Virus record (IMG/VR): IMGVR_UViG_3300045141_000199
Coordinates: 25,774-89,773 of that record
Reading direction: 5' to 3' (one strand)
Source: a virus
Length of the DNA: 64,000 nt
A program made the position numbers and the translations under genes. Of the stretch, positions 45,840 to 55,647 are shown piece after piece. Each line of letters starts with the position of its first letter. Position 1 is the stretch's first letter. Under the pieces are notes generated by a model, which saw only the letters and a program-made list of their open reading frames with translations, was not told where the DNA came from and did no database searches.

Positions 45840-46409
45840 TTTGGGCCTCTTCCATGTCGATTAGAAACTCCTCGCACTCCGCGCAACGTTCCTCGCGGTC
45901 AGGCTTTGGAGTCAAATGTGTTTTGTGCGTGTGCCCGCACACAGCTACATGCGGGCTACCCGGCAGGTAGTAATGCAGTACGGCTACATCCTCAACAATC
46001 ATCTGTCCAACTCCTCCAATCTGTGCAGTGCAGTTTCGATCTTGCGAAAGGCGGCCGTGAGTGAACCTGTACCCGGCACTAGTGAGAAAATCTTACGTCG
46101 GGTGCGATCGAAGTCCCGGATGTTTTGAGCCGCCCGTTCCAGGGTTTCCTTGTTCGCCTGAATGGTGGATTCGCGAGCAAGTGTGGCTACCTCCTCGGCC
46201 AGTAGATGGTCGCTCATATAAGCCCCATCGCCTGTCCCAGCTCAATGCAGACCACACACTTGTCTTCGCCCTCGTATCCGGCGGACTCTTTGACGTGGCC
46301 GCACACAGCCTTTGAGCCGGGCGGGACCGCCGCTAGAGCATAAGCAAGCGGCAAGACGTAAAGGTGACACATGCCGGTGTAGTCCGTTGGCGTCTCAGTG
46401 CGCTCTAGC

Positions 46410-46634
46410 TCAGTCGTTGTCATGGGTAACCCTATACGCGTTAGCTCCTGCCAAAAACCCCAGCGTCACCAGAAATGCCGCGTCCTCATGTTTCGGTGCG
46501 ATCGTGGCGATTTCGTCTGCGAGTTCTCCCAGCTCAACATGTGTAATTCCTAGCCTCTCACTGACTGTGAGCACTTCATCGTCATTCAGAGCATTGAGGG
46601 CGTCCGCTAGCTTTTCCTTTTGCCTCTTACTCAT
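46410..46634 (-). CDS. small helical protein, 'G-F/I-x-A-G' family
   Basis: Ends 'LVTLGFLAGANA'. Confidence 0.55.
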   Translation of the reverse strand: MSKRQKEKLADALNALNDDEVLTVSERLGITHVELGELADEIATIAPKHEDAAFLVTLGFLAGANAYRVTHDND

Positions 46635-46839
46635 CGCCTTCTCCTATGAGCATCCCGGCCATGATTCCAAACGAGACTAGTTCGGGTGGCCCATCATCCT
46701 TGGAGCAATCGGCAAGGGCGGTCGCGATCATCCTCAGCTCCTCCTTGGACATTCCAGCCTTCTTGAGCGCCCCTTCAAAATCCTCGTTAGTGCGGTTATC
46801 GAGACGGTCGAGAATCTTATGCATTTTCGCTTCGTTCAT
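46627..46839 (-). CDS. small helical protein, 'G-F/I-x-A-G' family
   Basis: Ends 'PELVSFGIMAGMLIG'. Confidence 0.6.
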   Translation of the reverse strand: MNEAKMHKILDRLDNRTNEDFEGALKKAGMSKEELRMIATALADCSKDDGPPELVSFGIMAGMLIGEGDE

Positions 46840-47123
46840 ATCTCTTTTACCGCCGCTCGTTTCTTACGGTCGATCCGCCGGTCGTCAGCCTTGAGCCGGC
46901 GGATGATGTTCTTGGCCCCTGCCTCGGTAATGGCTGTGGTAAGTCCCTGCCATTCGAGGCTGCCGGGCACTTTGGTTGTTACCTCCCAGCGTGCGAACCT
47001 GCGGCCGCTTCTACGGTAGCCATAGCGGTATGGAAAAGGCATGTCATCCTTTCAGTGCTCGGGCGGCATAACCAACGATGCCGCCTATTAGGATTGCCTC
47101 TATAAATCCCATGCTTTGTCTCC

Positions 47124-47351
47124 TTAGATAATGATTGGCGTGACCTTGTGTATTGTCGCCTCGCCAAACTCTCCTCGGCCTTCTCGGAGGAAGTTCGTCA
47201 CGATGGCTTGACTGAGTTCTACGTAATCTTCGGAATCCTCTACATCGACAGTCATCTCAAACTGCTCACCTTTTATGCTGGCGTCGATTAGAACGTTCAC
47301 TAGCTCCGCCTTTTTTGCTTGAAGCTGTCTTTGTCCATGATCCATTCCCAC
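47124..47351 (-). CDS. hypothetical protein
   Basis: Operon ORF. Confidence 0.5.
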   Translation of the reverse strand: MGMDHGQRQLQAKKAELVNVLIDASIKGEQFEMTVDVEDSEDYVELSQAIVTNFLREGRGEFGEATIHKVTPIII

Positions 47352-47523
47352 TCACTGGTCGAGCGGTTCTTTCTGAAAAATCCCTCAAAGCCAAACAGCC
47401 ACAACACCAGAGCAAGCGGCAGCGAAAACAGAAACAACAGCCCCATACAAACCATGATGATGATAATCAGGATCGGCTTTTCGATCCGGTGGCGCTCGCC
47501 TTCTCGGGTGTAGTAGTAATTCT

Positions 47524-47727
47524 TCATTTCTTTGCTCTCCCGACTGCCAGGCCGGCCATGAAGCCAAAGGCGGCCAGCTCGTCCGGGCTAGAAGGATCAG
47601 CAGCCGCGGCCGCCAGCACTCCCGATATCGCTTTGATGTCTACCTTCCTCAGGCCGTAGTAATCGGCGATCTCGTCAAGTTCCTTGCAGAAGCTTTGGAG
47701 CACGTCGTTGATTTCATCTGAGTTCAT
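47524..47727 (-). CDS. small helical protein, 'G-F/I-x-A-G' family
   Basis: Ends 'PDELAAFGFMAGLAVG'; AAGGAG RBS. Confidence 0.6.
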   Translation of the reverse strand: MNSDEINDVLQSFCKELDEIADYYGLRKVDIKAISGVLAAAAADPSSPDELAAFGFMAGLAVGRAKK

Positions 47728-47984
47728 TTCAGGTACTCCTTGATTTTGACCGCAAAGTCCTCGTCTTCGATGTAGTAAGGATCGTTCCCGGGCGCGTTGG
47801 CGATGTTCGCGATGAGCTGGCCTAGGCGTTGACTGGAGTTGTTGATCCAGGCCGTGCAGAGTTCATCGGTAATCTCAGCCTTGCGCGTAGGTGACATGCG
47901 CTCCGGTGGTGGTCCCGGCGGCATGACCATCTTTGCGATCTCGCGGATGTGAGCGTGGCGTGGGTCTTCAGTCACTCTTTCCAC
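47724..47984 (-). CDS. hypothetical protein
   Basis: 'W.....QRLGQLI.N......YYIEDE' common phage pattern. Confidence 0.6.
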   Translation of the reverse strand: MERVTEDPRHAHIREIAKMVMPPGPPPERMSPTRKAEITDELCTAWINNSSQRLGQLIANIANAPGNDPYYIEDEDFAVKIKEYLK

Positions 47985-48144
47985 CTAACCTTGAGTACAC
48001 TCGATTGCTCATCAAGGTTAACGAGTTCCATCGTTACCTTGTCTTCAACGGCGAGCTGGTTGACGATCCGGTAGATGTCAGAAGTTCGGTCGTAAACGGT
48101 GAGCGTTTTGCCGTCTACCAGCCCGCCAATTATTTCCAGCCGAT

Positions 48145-48495
48145 TCACCGGCCGCTTTCCTCCAAGAGCCGTGTGGCGTCCTCTGCGCAGCTCTGCGCCC
48201 CAGGATCGTCGGCGCCTTCCGCGAACGGCAGTAGGCCGGCGATGATGTCCAACGTCGGCTCAGCCTCAAGCACGGTCGTGCCATCGTAGTTCTCAAGCTG
48301 CGGCCCTGCGACGGCAACTGCTACCTCCACGACCGCCTTACCTGGCGGCATGAGGTTCCACATCTTAGGCATCTCTTCACTCCTTTTGATTGCGTCTTGA
48401 ACGCGGGGATCGGGGTTGCCGCGGTTGCTATCGGCGTAGGCCCCATAGCCAAAAACCTTGTCAGTAATACGGCGCGCTATGTCGAAACCATTCAT
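48145..48495 (-). CDS. hypothetical protein
   Basis: ATGA-coupled ORF. Confidence 0.55.
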   Translation of the reverse strand: MNGFDIARRITDKVFGYGAYADSNRGNPDPRVQDAIKRSEEMPKMWNLMPPGKAVVEVAVAVAGPQLENYDGTTVLEAEPTLDIIAGLLPFAEGADDPGAQSCAEDATRLLEESGR

Positions 48496-48794
48496 GCTTC
48501 AGCCCCCAGGAAGATTTCGATCTCATCGCCGTTCTTTTTCATGCGCATGCCACGCGTGAGCGGATCATCGAGCAACTGTTGCCAGATCGTGTCGAGCGCG
48601 TTCTCGGCGGCTTGTGGCCCGGCCGAGATCACGATCGCGTCCTTGACTGCTCCCTCGATGCGGTCGAGATAGTTCAGGGCCAATGTGACGGCCTTCTCAA
48701 GCAATTCGCAGGCTACGATCGGTTCATCGCGCTCGGTCGCTTGAACCGCTTCCTTGACTAGTCGTCGTGAGCTAAGAAGAGCTAGCGCTGTCAT
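48492..48794 (-). CDS. hypothetical protein
   Basis: Operon ORF. Confidence 0.55.
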   Translation of the reverse strand: MTALALLSSRRLVKEAVQATERDEPIVACELLEKAVTLALNYLDRIEGAVKDAIVISAGPQAAENALDTIWQQLLDDPLTRGMRMKKNGDEIEIFLGAEA

Positions 48795-48965
48795 GCTCTA
48801 CTGCCTTTATGACACATGTTGCCTCCTCGCGGTATTCACGTTTGCAGGGCTCACACAGCCACTTCCAGGGCGTTGATTGATGCATCATGCTTTTCTCACG
48901 CCGACGCTCATAGAGCGCGGCGGCGCCCCGCTCGACTGCATCCGGTATCGGGCGGGGCGCGTTGG

Positions 48966-49448
48966 TCATGCCGCTACTGGCTCCTTCTCCTCGACCGTCC
49001 ACTCCTCGGGTACGGTGAGAGGAGGATCAAGCGGTGGCATAGCCTCGCCTGTTACGAACTTGGCGGGACTCAGCCGGGGCGCGACCAAGTGCGCGGGAGC
49101 AGCGTTCCTAATTGCCTCATCCATGACGCGCAGAACATCCTTGTAGGAAAGTGCAATCCTGTCATTCCAGTTGATGATCTTGTACAAATCCCTTTGAACC
49201 TGACTGATGCTCAACGGGACCGATTCTGAGTCCGGGAGGAGTTCGGCTACGCGCCTTATAGCCATTGTTTCTCCATGATGTAGCTCGCGGTGTCCGCCGC
49301 TCGATACCGTGAGGGCGTTATGCGTTGCGGCGGCGTTGAAGATTGCCTCGCGTATGCAAACGTTTCCGCCTTTGCCGCCGCCCGAACCTTTCACCCAGCC
49401 GTTGGCTAGGGCCTCTCTTGCGTCTTCGAGTATTTGCTGCGCTGCCAA
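48966..49448 (-). CDS. DUF6197-like hypothetical protein
   Basis: 'L..A...L..GWVKG....VCI..AI...INWND.....DVL..MD.AI'. Confidence 0.6.
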   Translation of the reverse strand: MAAQQILEDAREALANGWVKGSGGGKGGNVCIREAIFNAAATHNALTVSSGGHRELHHGETMAIRRVAELLPDSESVPLSISQVQRDLYKIINWNDRIALSYKDVLRVMDEAIRNAAPAHLVAPRLSPAKFVTGEAMPPLDPPLTVPEEWTVEEKEPVAA

Positions 49449-49458
49449 CTTGACTCCT

Positions 49459-49908
49459 TTAGTCGTGTATTTCCTTCAGTTTGTCTGCCACGTCACACCA
49501 TGAAGTGACGTGCGTGTAGCTGGGTGCCGTTCGAGGATACCCCGGCGGCCCTACCAATTTCGCTTCGAAGAAATTGTGCTGCCGCCGGTTGTAGTCGATG
49601 CGGACGCGCCGGTAGTTTTGTGCATAGGCGGCCGCTGGCTTCCCCCCGATGAACATCGGTGAGTTTTCGTCTGTCGTTGCTCCTTTCTCTGCTTCACATG
49701 CGTTTTCTGCGTTGGTAATCATCCCCTGCCAGTCTTCGATCACAGTGTGAAACTGCGCTTCGACGTTTGGCGGTGAGACGATTTTCTTGACGGAGCCGCC
49801 CCAGGCTCCCACAAAGCTGAGGATGCCAATAACGATCCACAGCACTACAAAAACGCCGATGGCCCATAGCCCCCATTTGATGAGTGTTGACTTGGTTGGT
49901 TCATTCAT
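49459..49908 (-). CDS. membrane-anchored protein
   Basis: N-terminal TM 'WGLWAIGVFVVLWIVIGILSFVG'. Confidence 0.6.
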   Translation of the reverse strand: MNEPTKSTLIKWGLWAIGVFVVLWIVIGILSFVGAWGGSVKKIVSPPNVEAQFHTVIEDWQGMITNAENACEAEKGATTDENSPMFIGGKPAAAYAQNYRRVRIDYNRRQHNFFEAKLVGPPGYPRTAPSYTHVTSWCDVADKLKEIHD

Positions 49909-50062
49909 AGCGCGGCCTGACTTCGAAGCGGAAGGGAATCTTGCCGGTCGGGAACACGTCATAGTCCGATCGCAGACTCTTCTTCTCATTTCGTCTCGCG
50001 GCGCGCTTGTGCGCCTGGCGCTTGAAGACGTGTTTGCTCTTCTTGTGGTCGTGTGACATTCC

Positions 50063-50734
50063 TTAGCCTCCTACAGCTTCTTCTAGGGCCTTCTGAGCGG
50101 CTGCCTTGCTGGCCGGGGCTGTCTTGGTCGCGCCGTTGGGTTCGACCTTCTGGCCGGCTTCAAGAGCCGCTTCTGCCTTCTTCTGGCCCTTCAGCGCGGC
50201 TTGATCGACTGTGAGGCTGATCTGCGTGGACTTGCGTTGGAATGAGTTCAGCGCGGTCGTGCAGAAGGTCGGCATGGCGTTGTTGAATTCGGCGTACTGA
50301 CCGCCGGGCGTGAATCCGTAACGGTACGGCGGCGGCGAGCCGTGGTACATACCATCAACCGATGTGAGTTCGGGGTAGTAGGCGCCGTTGTCATCGCTGG
50401 CGTAAAAGCGTTCAACTTTGTTGGGGAAGAAACTCACACTGCTCGACGTGAGCTTGCCTGCGATCGGCACGGTGAACAGCGGCGAGTTCGGAATCGGGAA
50501 CGCCGACGTACACCATATGATCGTGCTCGGGCTGTCGTAGAGTTCCTGTGCCTTGTTGTAGTTGGAGAACTCCACGCCGTTTTTCGGTATGAACGGCTTG
50601 AAGCCTGCACGGTTGGTTTCGGATTCGGCGTATTGCGATTGATGAGCGCCGGCGTTTTGGGTGCGGTCTTCGCCGCATGCGGCTAGCCCTATCGCGGTCA
50701 AGCCTACGGCCGCGGCCGCTAGTAGTTTCTTCAT
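50063..50734 (-). CDS. lipoprotein
   Basis: MKKLLAAAAVGLTAIGLAAC lipobox; AAAGGAG RBS. Confidence 0.75.
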   Translation of the reverse strand: MKKLLAAAAVGLTAIGLAACGEDRTQNAGAHQSQYAESETNRAGFKPFIPKNGVEFSNYNKAQELYDSPSTIIWCTSAFPIPNSPLFTVPIAGKLTSSSVSFFPNKVERFYASDDNGAYYPELTSVDGMYHGSPPPYRYGFTPGGQYAEFNNAMPTFCTTALNSFQRKSTQISLTVDQAALKGQKKAEAALEAGQKVEPNGATKTAPASKAAAQKALEEAVGG

Positions 50735-50909
50735 CGGTTCTCCTTTTCGAGACTGATTATTTTGCGTATGGTTTTGAACGTCCAAACCCAGCAGCCCATG
50801 AAAATCATGTCGGCTATGAAATAGAACAGCTCGCCTGTCTCGATAAAAACCCAGGACTCCAAGATCAAGCCGAGAGTCAACGCTGCCAGCACTAGAATGC
50901 CTAGAGCTT

Positions 50910-51212
50910 TCATTTCAACCCTTTCTTCGCAGCTTCGCGGGCGCGCTTCATCGCGTCTTTGTACTGCTTGTATTTGCGGTCGTCACCAATAGTCAAAGTC
51001 ATCGCGCGTTTCAGCCATTTCACGGCGTCCTCCAGCGCGTTCCTGAGCAGCCGGATATCGCCTTGGTAGTGACACCGGGCCGCTTCCCAGCCAACGTCGT
51101 AGGCCAAGGTCGCCCGGCCGCGCGAGGGGCCTTTGTTGATCTCATCCTTGGCCCACTCTCGATAGGCAAGCTCGCGGGCGTCCTCATCCTCCTGAGTGAC
51201 ATCCTCTAGCAT
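50910..51212 (-). CDS. hypothetical protein
   Basis: GGAGGAG RBS. Confidence 0.55.
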   Translation of the reverse strand: MLEDVTQEDEDARELAYREWAKDEINKGPSRGRATLAYDVGWEAARCHYQGDIRLLRNALEDAVKWLKRAMTLTIGDDRKYKQYKDAMKRAREAAKKGLK

Positions 51213-51562
51213 TTGCGCTCCTCCAACGTTCCATCGTCGTTTAGGTATGCGGGCGGGTGCGGCTCATTGATCGTTGTGTTTGGCTCTGCGTCGGTTGTCA
51301 TCTGCTTGCGCCGCAAGTACATTGCGTGAATCTCGTTGGGCGGCATTTTCTCGGGCACCCCACCGAGATACCTGCTCGCCTCCCGCACGGCCCCGACGCG
51401 CTCACCAATCACCGTTATGATCGGATAGTTAAGCGGCTCGACCATCGCGAGGTAGAAGCTCACCCCGTACCCTTCCTTTTGTGTGCGCGCCAAAGCCTCC
51501 TCATATTGGTGGTGCGCGTCGGTCAGCGACTCGAACTTGCGCGCGATGTAGTGAAGGCTCAT
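51206..51562 (-). CDS. hypothetical protein
   Basis: ATGA-coupled ORF. Confidence 0.55.
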   Translation of the reverse strand: MSLHYIARKFESLTDAHHQYEEALARTQKEGYGVSFYLAMVEPLNYPIITVIGERVGAVREASRYLGGVPEKMPPNEIHAMYLRRKQMTTDAEPNTTINEPHPPAYLNDDGTLEERKC

Positions 51563-51930
51563 CCTGTCGGCAGCTCTACGTATCGCGGTAGGCTGCGGAT
51601 GTCACCTTTACCATTGCCAAGATGCTGCATATACAGCCAGCACAGGAATGGCTCATACATGGGGCAGACCCATATTTTGTGCTCGTTGAGATCGTAGGTG
51701 GCGCTCCCGTTGCCGTCGAGCGAGAACGCGGCGCCCTCGCCAGTCTGTAGGTCCACGACGAGCGTTGTGTTCGGGTTCATCGTGCGCTGGCCGCCGGTCC
51801 TGAATATGTTGCCTTTGAAGCCTGGCAGCATCGACTCGATTTCGCCCTCAGCTTCGTCAAAGCGCGCTAGCAGGAACTTCCCCCAATTGACGTGCTCCGG
51901 CTGCGATGCCTCTATGAATTGTGTAATCAT
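51559..51930 (-). CDS. hypothetical protein
   Basis: AAGGAGG RBS; 'NWGKF...DLQTGEGA.F...IWVCPMYEPFL.WLY'. Confidence 0.65.
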   Translation of the reverse strand: MITQFIEASQPEHVNWGKFLLARFDEAEGEIESMLPGFKGNIFRTGGQRTMNPNTTLVVDLQTGEGAAFSLDGNGSATYDLNEHKIWVCPMYEPFLCWLYMQHLGNGKGDIRSLPRYVELPTG

Positions 51931-52241
51931 GCTTGCCTCCTTGGCTGTAGAAATGGATCGTCTTCGACTGATCCGTCTACAAGAGTTCGATACACGGCGC
52001 CAGTCTCCTTCCAGATCGCGAACTCTTCTCCGTCAAGCCAGACGCGCATCCAGGGACCTTTGTCGCGGAAGGCCACGCCATCGGCCGCATCGCGCATAAA
52101 CACTTCAGATTGGCCATCTATGCCGTCGATCTGCGCGTTCGGGTAGAGCGCCAAGAGCAGGTCGAGGCCCAGCCGTGCCGGCGGCGGCGCTTCGCGTTCT
52201 AGCTCTCTCGGGCTCATGCCGTTGAAATACTCGACTGTCAC
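51927..52241 (-). CDS. hypothetical protein
   Basis: Coupled ORF. Confidence 0.55.
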   Translation of the reverse strand: MTVEYFNGMSPRELEREAPPPARLGLDLLLALYPNAQIDGIDGQSEVFMRDAADGVAFRDKGPWMRVWLDGEEFAIWKETGAVYRTLVDGSVEDDPFLQPRRQA

Positions 52242-52549
52242 TCGTCGCTCGGGGGATCGAATCTGTATGCAAGATCGCCAGACTTGCGGCTCTCCAGATC
52301 GGCTTTGATTTCGTCTATTGTTCCCGGCGGAATCAGGTCAGACCGTTCGAGCCGTTCCACCATTGCCAGCTCAGTCGAGCCGTAGAAGATGAACAGCTCG
52401 GCGTGCCCCAGGCCCAATGACTCACAGTGATCGGCCTGCATTACCATCGGGTCGCCCGAGAGTGTCATTTTTTCGATGTCCTCTTGGCTAAGCCCAATCA
52501 CGGCCGCGTTCTTGTTGCCGTCCTTCGTGGACGCTCCCATTGCGATCAT
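52238..52549 (-). CDS. hypothetical protein
   Basis: GAGG RBS. Confidence 0.55.
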   Translation of the reverse strand: MIAMGASTKDGNKNAAVIGLSQEDIEKMTLSGDPMVMQADHCESLGLGHAELFIFYGSTELAMVERLERSDLIPPGTIDEIKADLESRKSGDLAYRFDPPSDE

Positions 52550-52551
52550 GT

Positions 52552-52839
52552 CTAACCTCTTCCTAGCGGCGCGAACAGCATGTCTTTGCCATTCACCTTG
52601 AAGATTGCCTTGAGATGAATCAGTAGGTCAACAGCGGCTTCCATGTCAGACTCGTAGCCGCAGATCGCGATCCCGCATCTTTCGTTCTTCTCGTCAGTGA
52701 GAAAAACTGAGCACTGCAAGCCCTCGTCGGGGTATTTCTCATGGATGAACTCAGCCATTTCGGCGCCGAGCTGAGTCAGCTCGTCATGCGGCTCAGTTGT
52801 GCGTTTCTCATCCACGTCATCGCCCCCTCGGGTGCTCAT
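52552..52839 (-). CDS. hypothetical protein
   Basis: Operon ORF. Confidence 0.55.
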   Translation of the reverse strand: MSTRGGDDVDEKRTTEPHDELTQLGAEMAEFIHEKYPDEGLQCSVFLTDEKNERCGIAICGYESDMEAAVDLLIHLKAIFKVNGKDMLFAPLGRG

Positions 52840-53019
52840 GTGCGCTCTCGATGTGGTTGTGGCACTCTTGCTCGGTTCCGAACAAGCGATCCGTCTCTGA
52901 GCCTTTGATGCCTTTCTCGCCGATGCAGTGCCGGCAGAGATAGCCTTTCTTACCCGCCATGTTCGCCGGCATCGGCTTATCCCACTCTATGTAAGGGAAT
53001 GCTTTCTTGTGCTCCTCGC

Positions 53020-53241
53020 TCATTTCTCCTCCTTCTCCGCGTCGGCTAGGACTAGGCCAGCAACTATGCCATGTGAGATATCGACAATACGTTGGACTGA
53101 GATTTGTCCTTTTGCTTTTTGGGAGAGAAGCATGCTGAGATCGATTGCGTCACGGAAGCCTATGCCGTGTTCCTCCAAGATGTCAGCCGGGTTCTCCTTG
53201 ATCCTCTCAAAAATTAGCTCTTTCATTTCCTCGACGGTCAT
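53020..53241 (-). CDS. small helical protein, 'G-F/I-x-A-G' family
   Basis: Ends 'ISHGIVAGLVLA'. Confidence 0.55.
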   Translation of the reverse strand: MTVEEMKELIFERIKENPADILEEHGIGFRDAIDLSMLLSQKAKGQISVQRIVDISHGIVAGLVLADAEKEEK

Positions 53242-53454
53242 TTACTCGACCGCTTTCCCGATAGCCAGCCCTGCGATGAAGCAAACTCCGGCCGCGTGGC
53301 TTACGCTGCCACCCTTGTTGAGCACTTCACCCATAAGAGTCTTCACAAGCGGCTCAACATAGCCATCCGGGAGCCCTGCCTCCCTCAGTACCTCATAGCC
53401 ACCCGCATCTTTGGCCTTCTCCATGATGTTCTCTATCTGATCTGGTGTCAGCAT
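53242..53454 (-). CDS. small helical protein, 'G-F/I-x-A-G' family
   Basis: Ends 'AAGVCFIAGLAIG'. Confidence 0.55.
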   Translation of the reverse strand: MLTPDQIENIMEKAKDAGGYEVLREAGLPDGYVEPLVKTLMGEVLNKGGSVSHAAGVCFIAGLAIGKAVE

Positions 53455-53682
53455 TTAGCCCTCGATCTCGTTGCCAGGCAGCCCCGGCAGTTTGTTGATC
53501 TCTAGCAGCGCCAGCTCGTCTTGAAGTTCACTGAGAATGTCTTCGTGAATCCGATGGCCGGTGGCGATGCCGTGTTTGCCGTAGCTCACCGTTACCGTTC
53601 GAAACTCGTTGTGCTGATCGTGGATGAGAAACCGCAATGGCCCGACGCGCCATATGGTTCCTCGCGGAACGTCAGTCGTCAT
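53455..53682 (-). CDS. hypothetical protein
   Basis: Operon ORF. Confidence 0.5.
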   Translation of the reverse strand: MTTDVPRGTIWRVGPLRFLIHDQHNEFRTVTVSYGKHGIATGHRIHEDILSELQDELALLEINKLPGLPGNEIEG

Positions 53683-53920
53683 CGTATTCGATTGTCTCTA
53701 TGAGTTCACGATTGGTGAAACGGACAAGCCGTATGACTGCGCCGGACTGCTTAGCCGCTTCCTCGGCGATCGGACGCAGGCCCTCGACGTTCTCCATGTC
53801 GGCCGACACCATCGGCATGTTCCCCAGCCCACCAAAGAAGGAAACGATGCCCTCAGTGTTGTCGTCGGGATCGACCGCGACATAGGCATACATCTCATCG
53901 ATTTTCTTCACCTTTTTCAC
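53672..53920 (-). CDS. hypothetical protein
   Basis: 'EGIV.....MPMVSAD...LVRFT.RE' pattern. Confidence 0.6.
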   Translation of the reverse strand: MKKVKKIDEMYAYVAVDPDDNTEGIVSFFGGLGNMPMVSADMENVEGLRPIAEEAAKQSGAVIRLVRFTNRELIETIEYDDD

Positions 53921-54297
53921 TCCATCAACTCCTCTGCGATGCCCTCAGGGTCAGTCATCGTGATTGTGCCCGGTTCGTCATGGCCTTGGCGCCGTTCGCA
54001 CGCGCCCTCTGTGTGCTGGCAGTTACACACCGGCTGCTCGGGATCGACACCATGCTCAACGGCCGAGTTGAACTCCTCGGCCTGCTCGACCGTTACCAGG
54101 ACGATGTACGTGCCTGAGGGGCGCCTGACGCGAATGCGATTGGTGTAGTCACGGCCGCCATTAGCCATGATTGGTTCGTACTCGGTCGGCACGATGTCTT
54201 GCAGGTTCTCCTTTACATATTGCAACGCGCCCATGATGTTGCCAACGAGCAGTGCGTGATTGTCGTTTACTATTCCCGTGTCCATCGTCAGTCGCAT
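53917..54297 (-). CDS. hypothetical protein
   Basis: Operon ORF. Confidence 0.5.
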   Translation of the reverse strand: MRLTMDTGIVNDNHALLVGNIMGALQYVKENLQDIVPTEYEPIMANGGRDYTNRIRVRRPSGTYIVLVTVEQAEEFNSAVEHGVDPEQPVCNCQHTEGACERRQGHDEPGTITMTDPEGIAEELME

Positions 54298-54572
54298 TCA
54301 GGCAATACCTCAAAGATGTGCCAGACCAGCACGCCGTCGAGCTGTTGGCACGAATCGATGTAGCTCAGCGGTTGATTAGGCAAGTCCTCGCCAGTCGGCG
54401 CCACAAGGAATGTGCGCTCTTCGCTTTCCTCGATCTCAGGGTTCACGCGCGCCCATATGCACACGTCCTCACCCTGAGCTTGTGCGCATAGCACGTCAGT
54501 CTCGGCCGGCATGTTGTCGATGATCGTCTCTGTGTTCGCTACTAGCTCATACTTGTAAATCCGAGTTGACAT
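54288..54572 (-). CDS. conserved phage hypothetical protein
   Basis: 'IYKYEL...MP...VL..Q.Q....WA.V...TGE.LP...LVWHIFE'. Confidence 0.7.
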   Translation of the reverse strand: MSTRIYKYELVANTETIIDNMPAETDVLCAQAQGEDVCIWARVNPEIEESEERTFLVAPTGEDLPNQPLSYIDSCQQLDGVLVWHIFEVLPECD

Positions 54573-54827
54573 CTATGGCCCCTTTACTATTTGGTTGAAA
54601 GCGTCGTCTACTTCCTTTTTGATCTTGCGACCAGTTTTAATGCCAGCTTCAAAGCCGATCATGTGCCCCCATCGAAATGCGAGGTACGTCGGCACGATCG
54701 CGAACTCCACGTACACCAGAGCATGAACACTCCAAACGATCGAAATGGTGGCGAGGACGACGATCGTCAGGAGGTAGATCGTGGCGGCCTTGATGACGGC
54801 GCCGCCGTTTTTCCATGCGCGGATCAT
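54573..54827 (-). CDS. membrane protein
   Basis: Two hydrophobic helices. Confidence 0.55.
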   Translation of the reverse strand: MIRAWKNGGAVIKAATIYLLTIVVLATISIVWSVHALVYVEFAIVPTYLAFRWGHMIGFEAGIKTGRKIKKEVDDAFNQIVKGP

Positions 54828-55492
54828 GGCTCTTTCACGATCTCAACTTTGGGGCAGGTGTTTGACTTCACGGCGTGGTAGCCGAGCCCCATGACGTGAA
54901 AGAACTCCTTGATGCCCCTAAAGAATCCTCGGCCGGGTTCCCGTTGAGCAAGCCAAGTGCCAAAGCCGATCCGGTCGAGCACGTTCACCATGAGGAATGA
55001 GATCAAGATGATTGCGAGCAAGCCGACTCCGCCCAGCAATATCCAGCGCGTGGTTGTCCACCACAGCACCAGGAAGTAGAAGAACGCGATGACCGCGCCG
55101 ACGCCAAAGGCCACCATGAGCGCCATGCCGGCGATGCCTAGCAGCCGTTTCGTGGCCTCGTTCGGAGTGAAGCGCATGATGAGCCTGCTTGCGACATCGC
55201 CGATCCAATTGAGATAGCGCTGCATTGCTCCAGGGCCGCGCGGCTCAGGCTCGGGCGCATCTTCCGCTTCTGTCTTGGCGAGGGCGCGCTTAGTGCGGCC
55301 GTCCTCCCCGATTTTCGCCAGCCGTTCGCCGGCCTCCAACAGCCCATGGAGAATCAGCCCAGGGATCACAAAGATGTAAGCCCAAAACAGCTTGCAGAAG
55401 TTTACCTCGCTCGGATTGGCCACCCAAAGCCATAGGTAAAAGCGGACGTACCAAGCGTCCTCGCGGAGCTGCCATGTGAACCTAGGCTCCAT
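54824..55492 (-). CDS. multi-pass membrane protein
   Basis: 'NFCKLFW', several TM helices, C-terminal 'K..TCP.V'. Confidence 0.65.
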   Translation of the reverse strand: MEPRFTWQLREDAWYVRFYLWLWVANPSEVNFCKLFWAYIFVIPGLILHGLLEAGERLAKIGEDGRTKRALAKTEAEDAPEPEPRGPGAMQRYLNWIGDVASRLIMRFTPNEATKRLLGIAGMALMVAFGVGAVIAFFYFLVLWWTTTRWILLGGVGLLAIILISFLMVNVLDRIGFGTWLAQREPGRGFFRGIKEFFHVMGLGYHAVKSNTCPKVEIVKEP

Positions 55493-55647
55493 TCTTCTTC
55501 CTTCCCTCGCTCAGAATCTCTTTGGCTTTTTTCGCGTGCGTGCGAAGTTTGCCCGGCGGCGGCTCGGGGTTCTCATCGACCCATTGCGACGCCACGCCCG
55601 GTCCCTCTTTCAGATACGTGGCGTAGAATTCACTGTAATACCGGATG

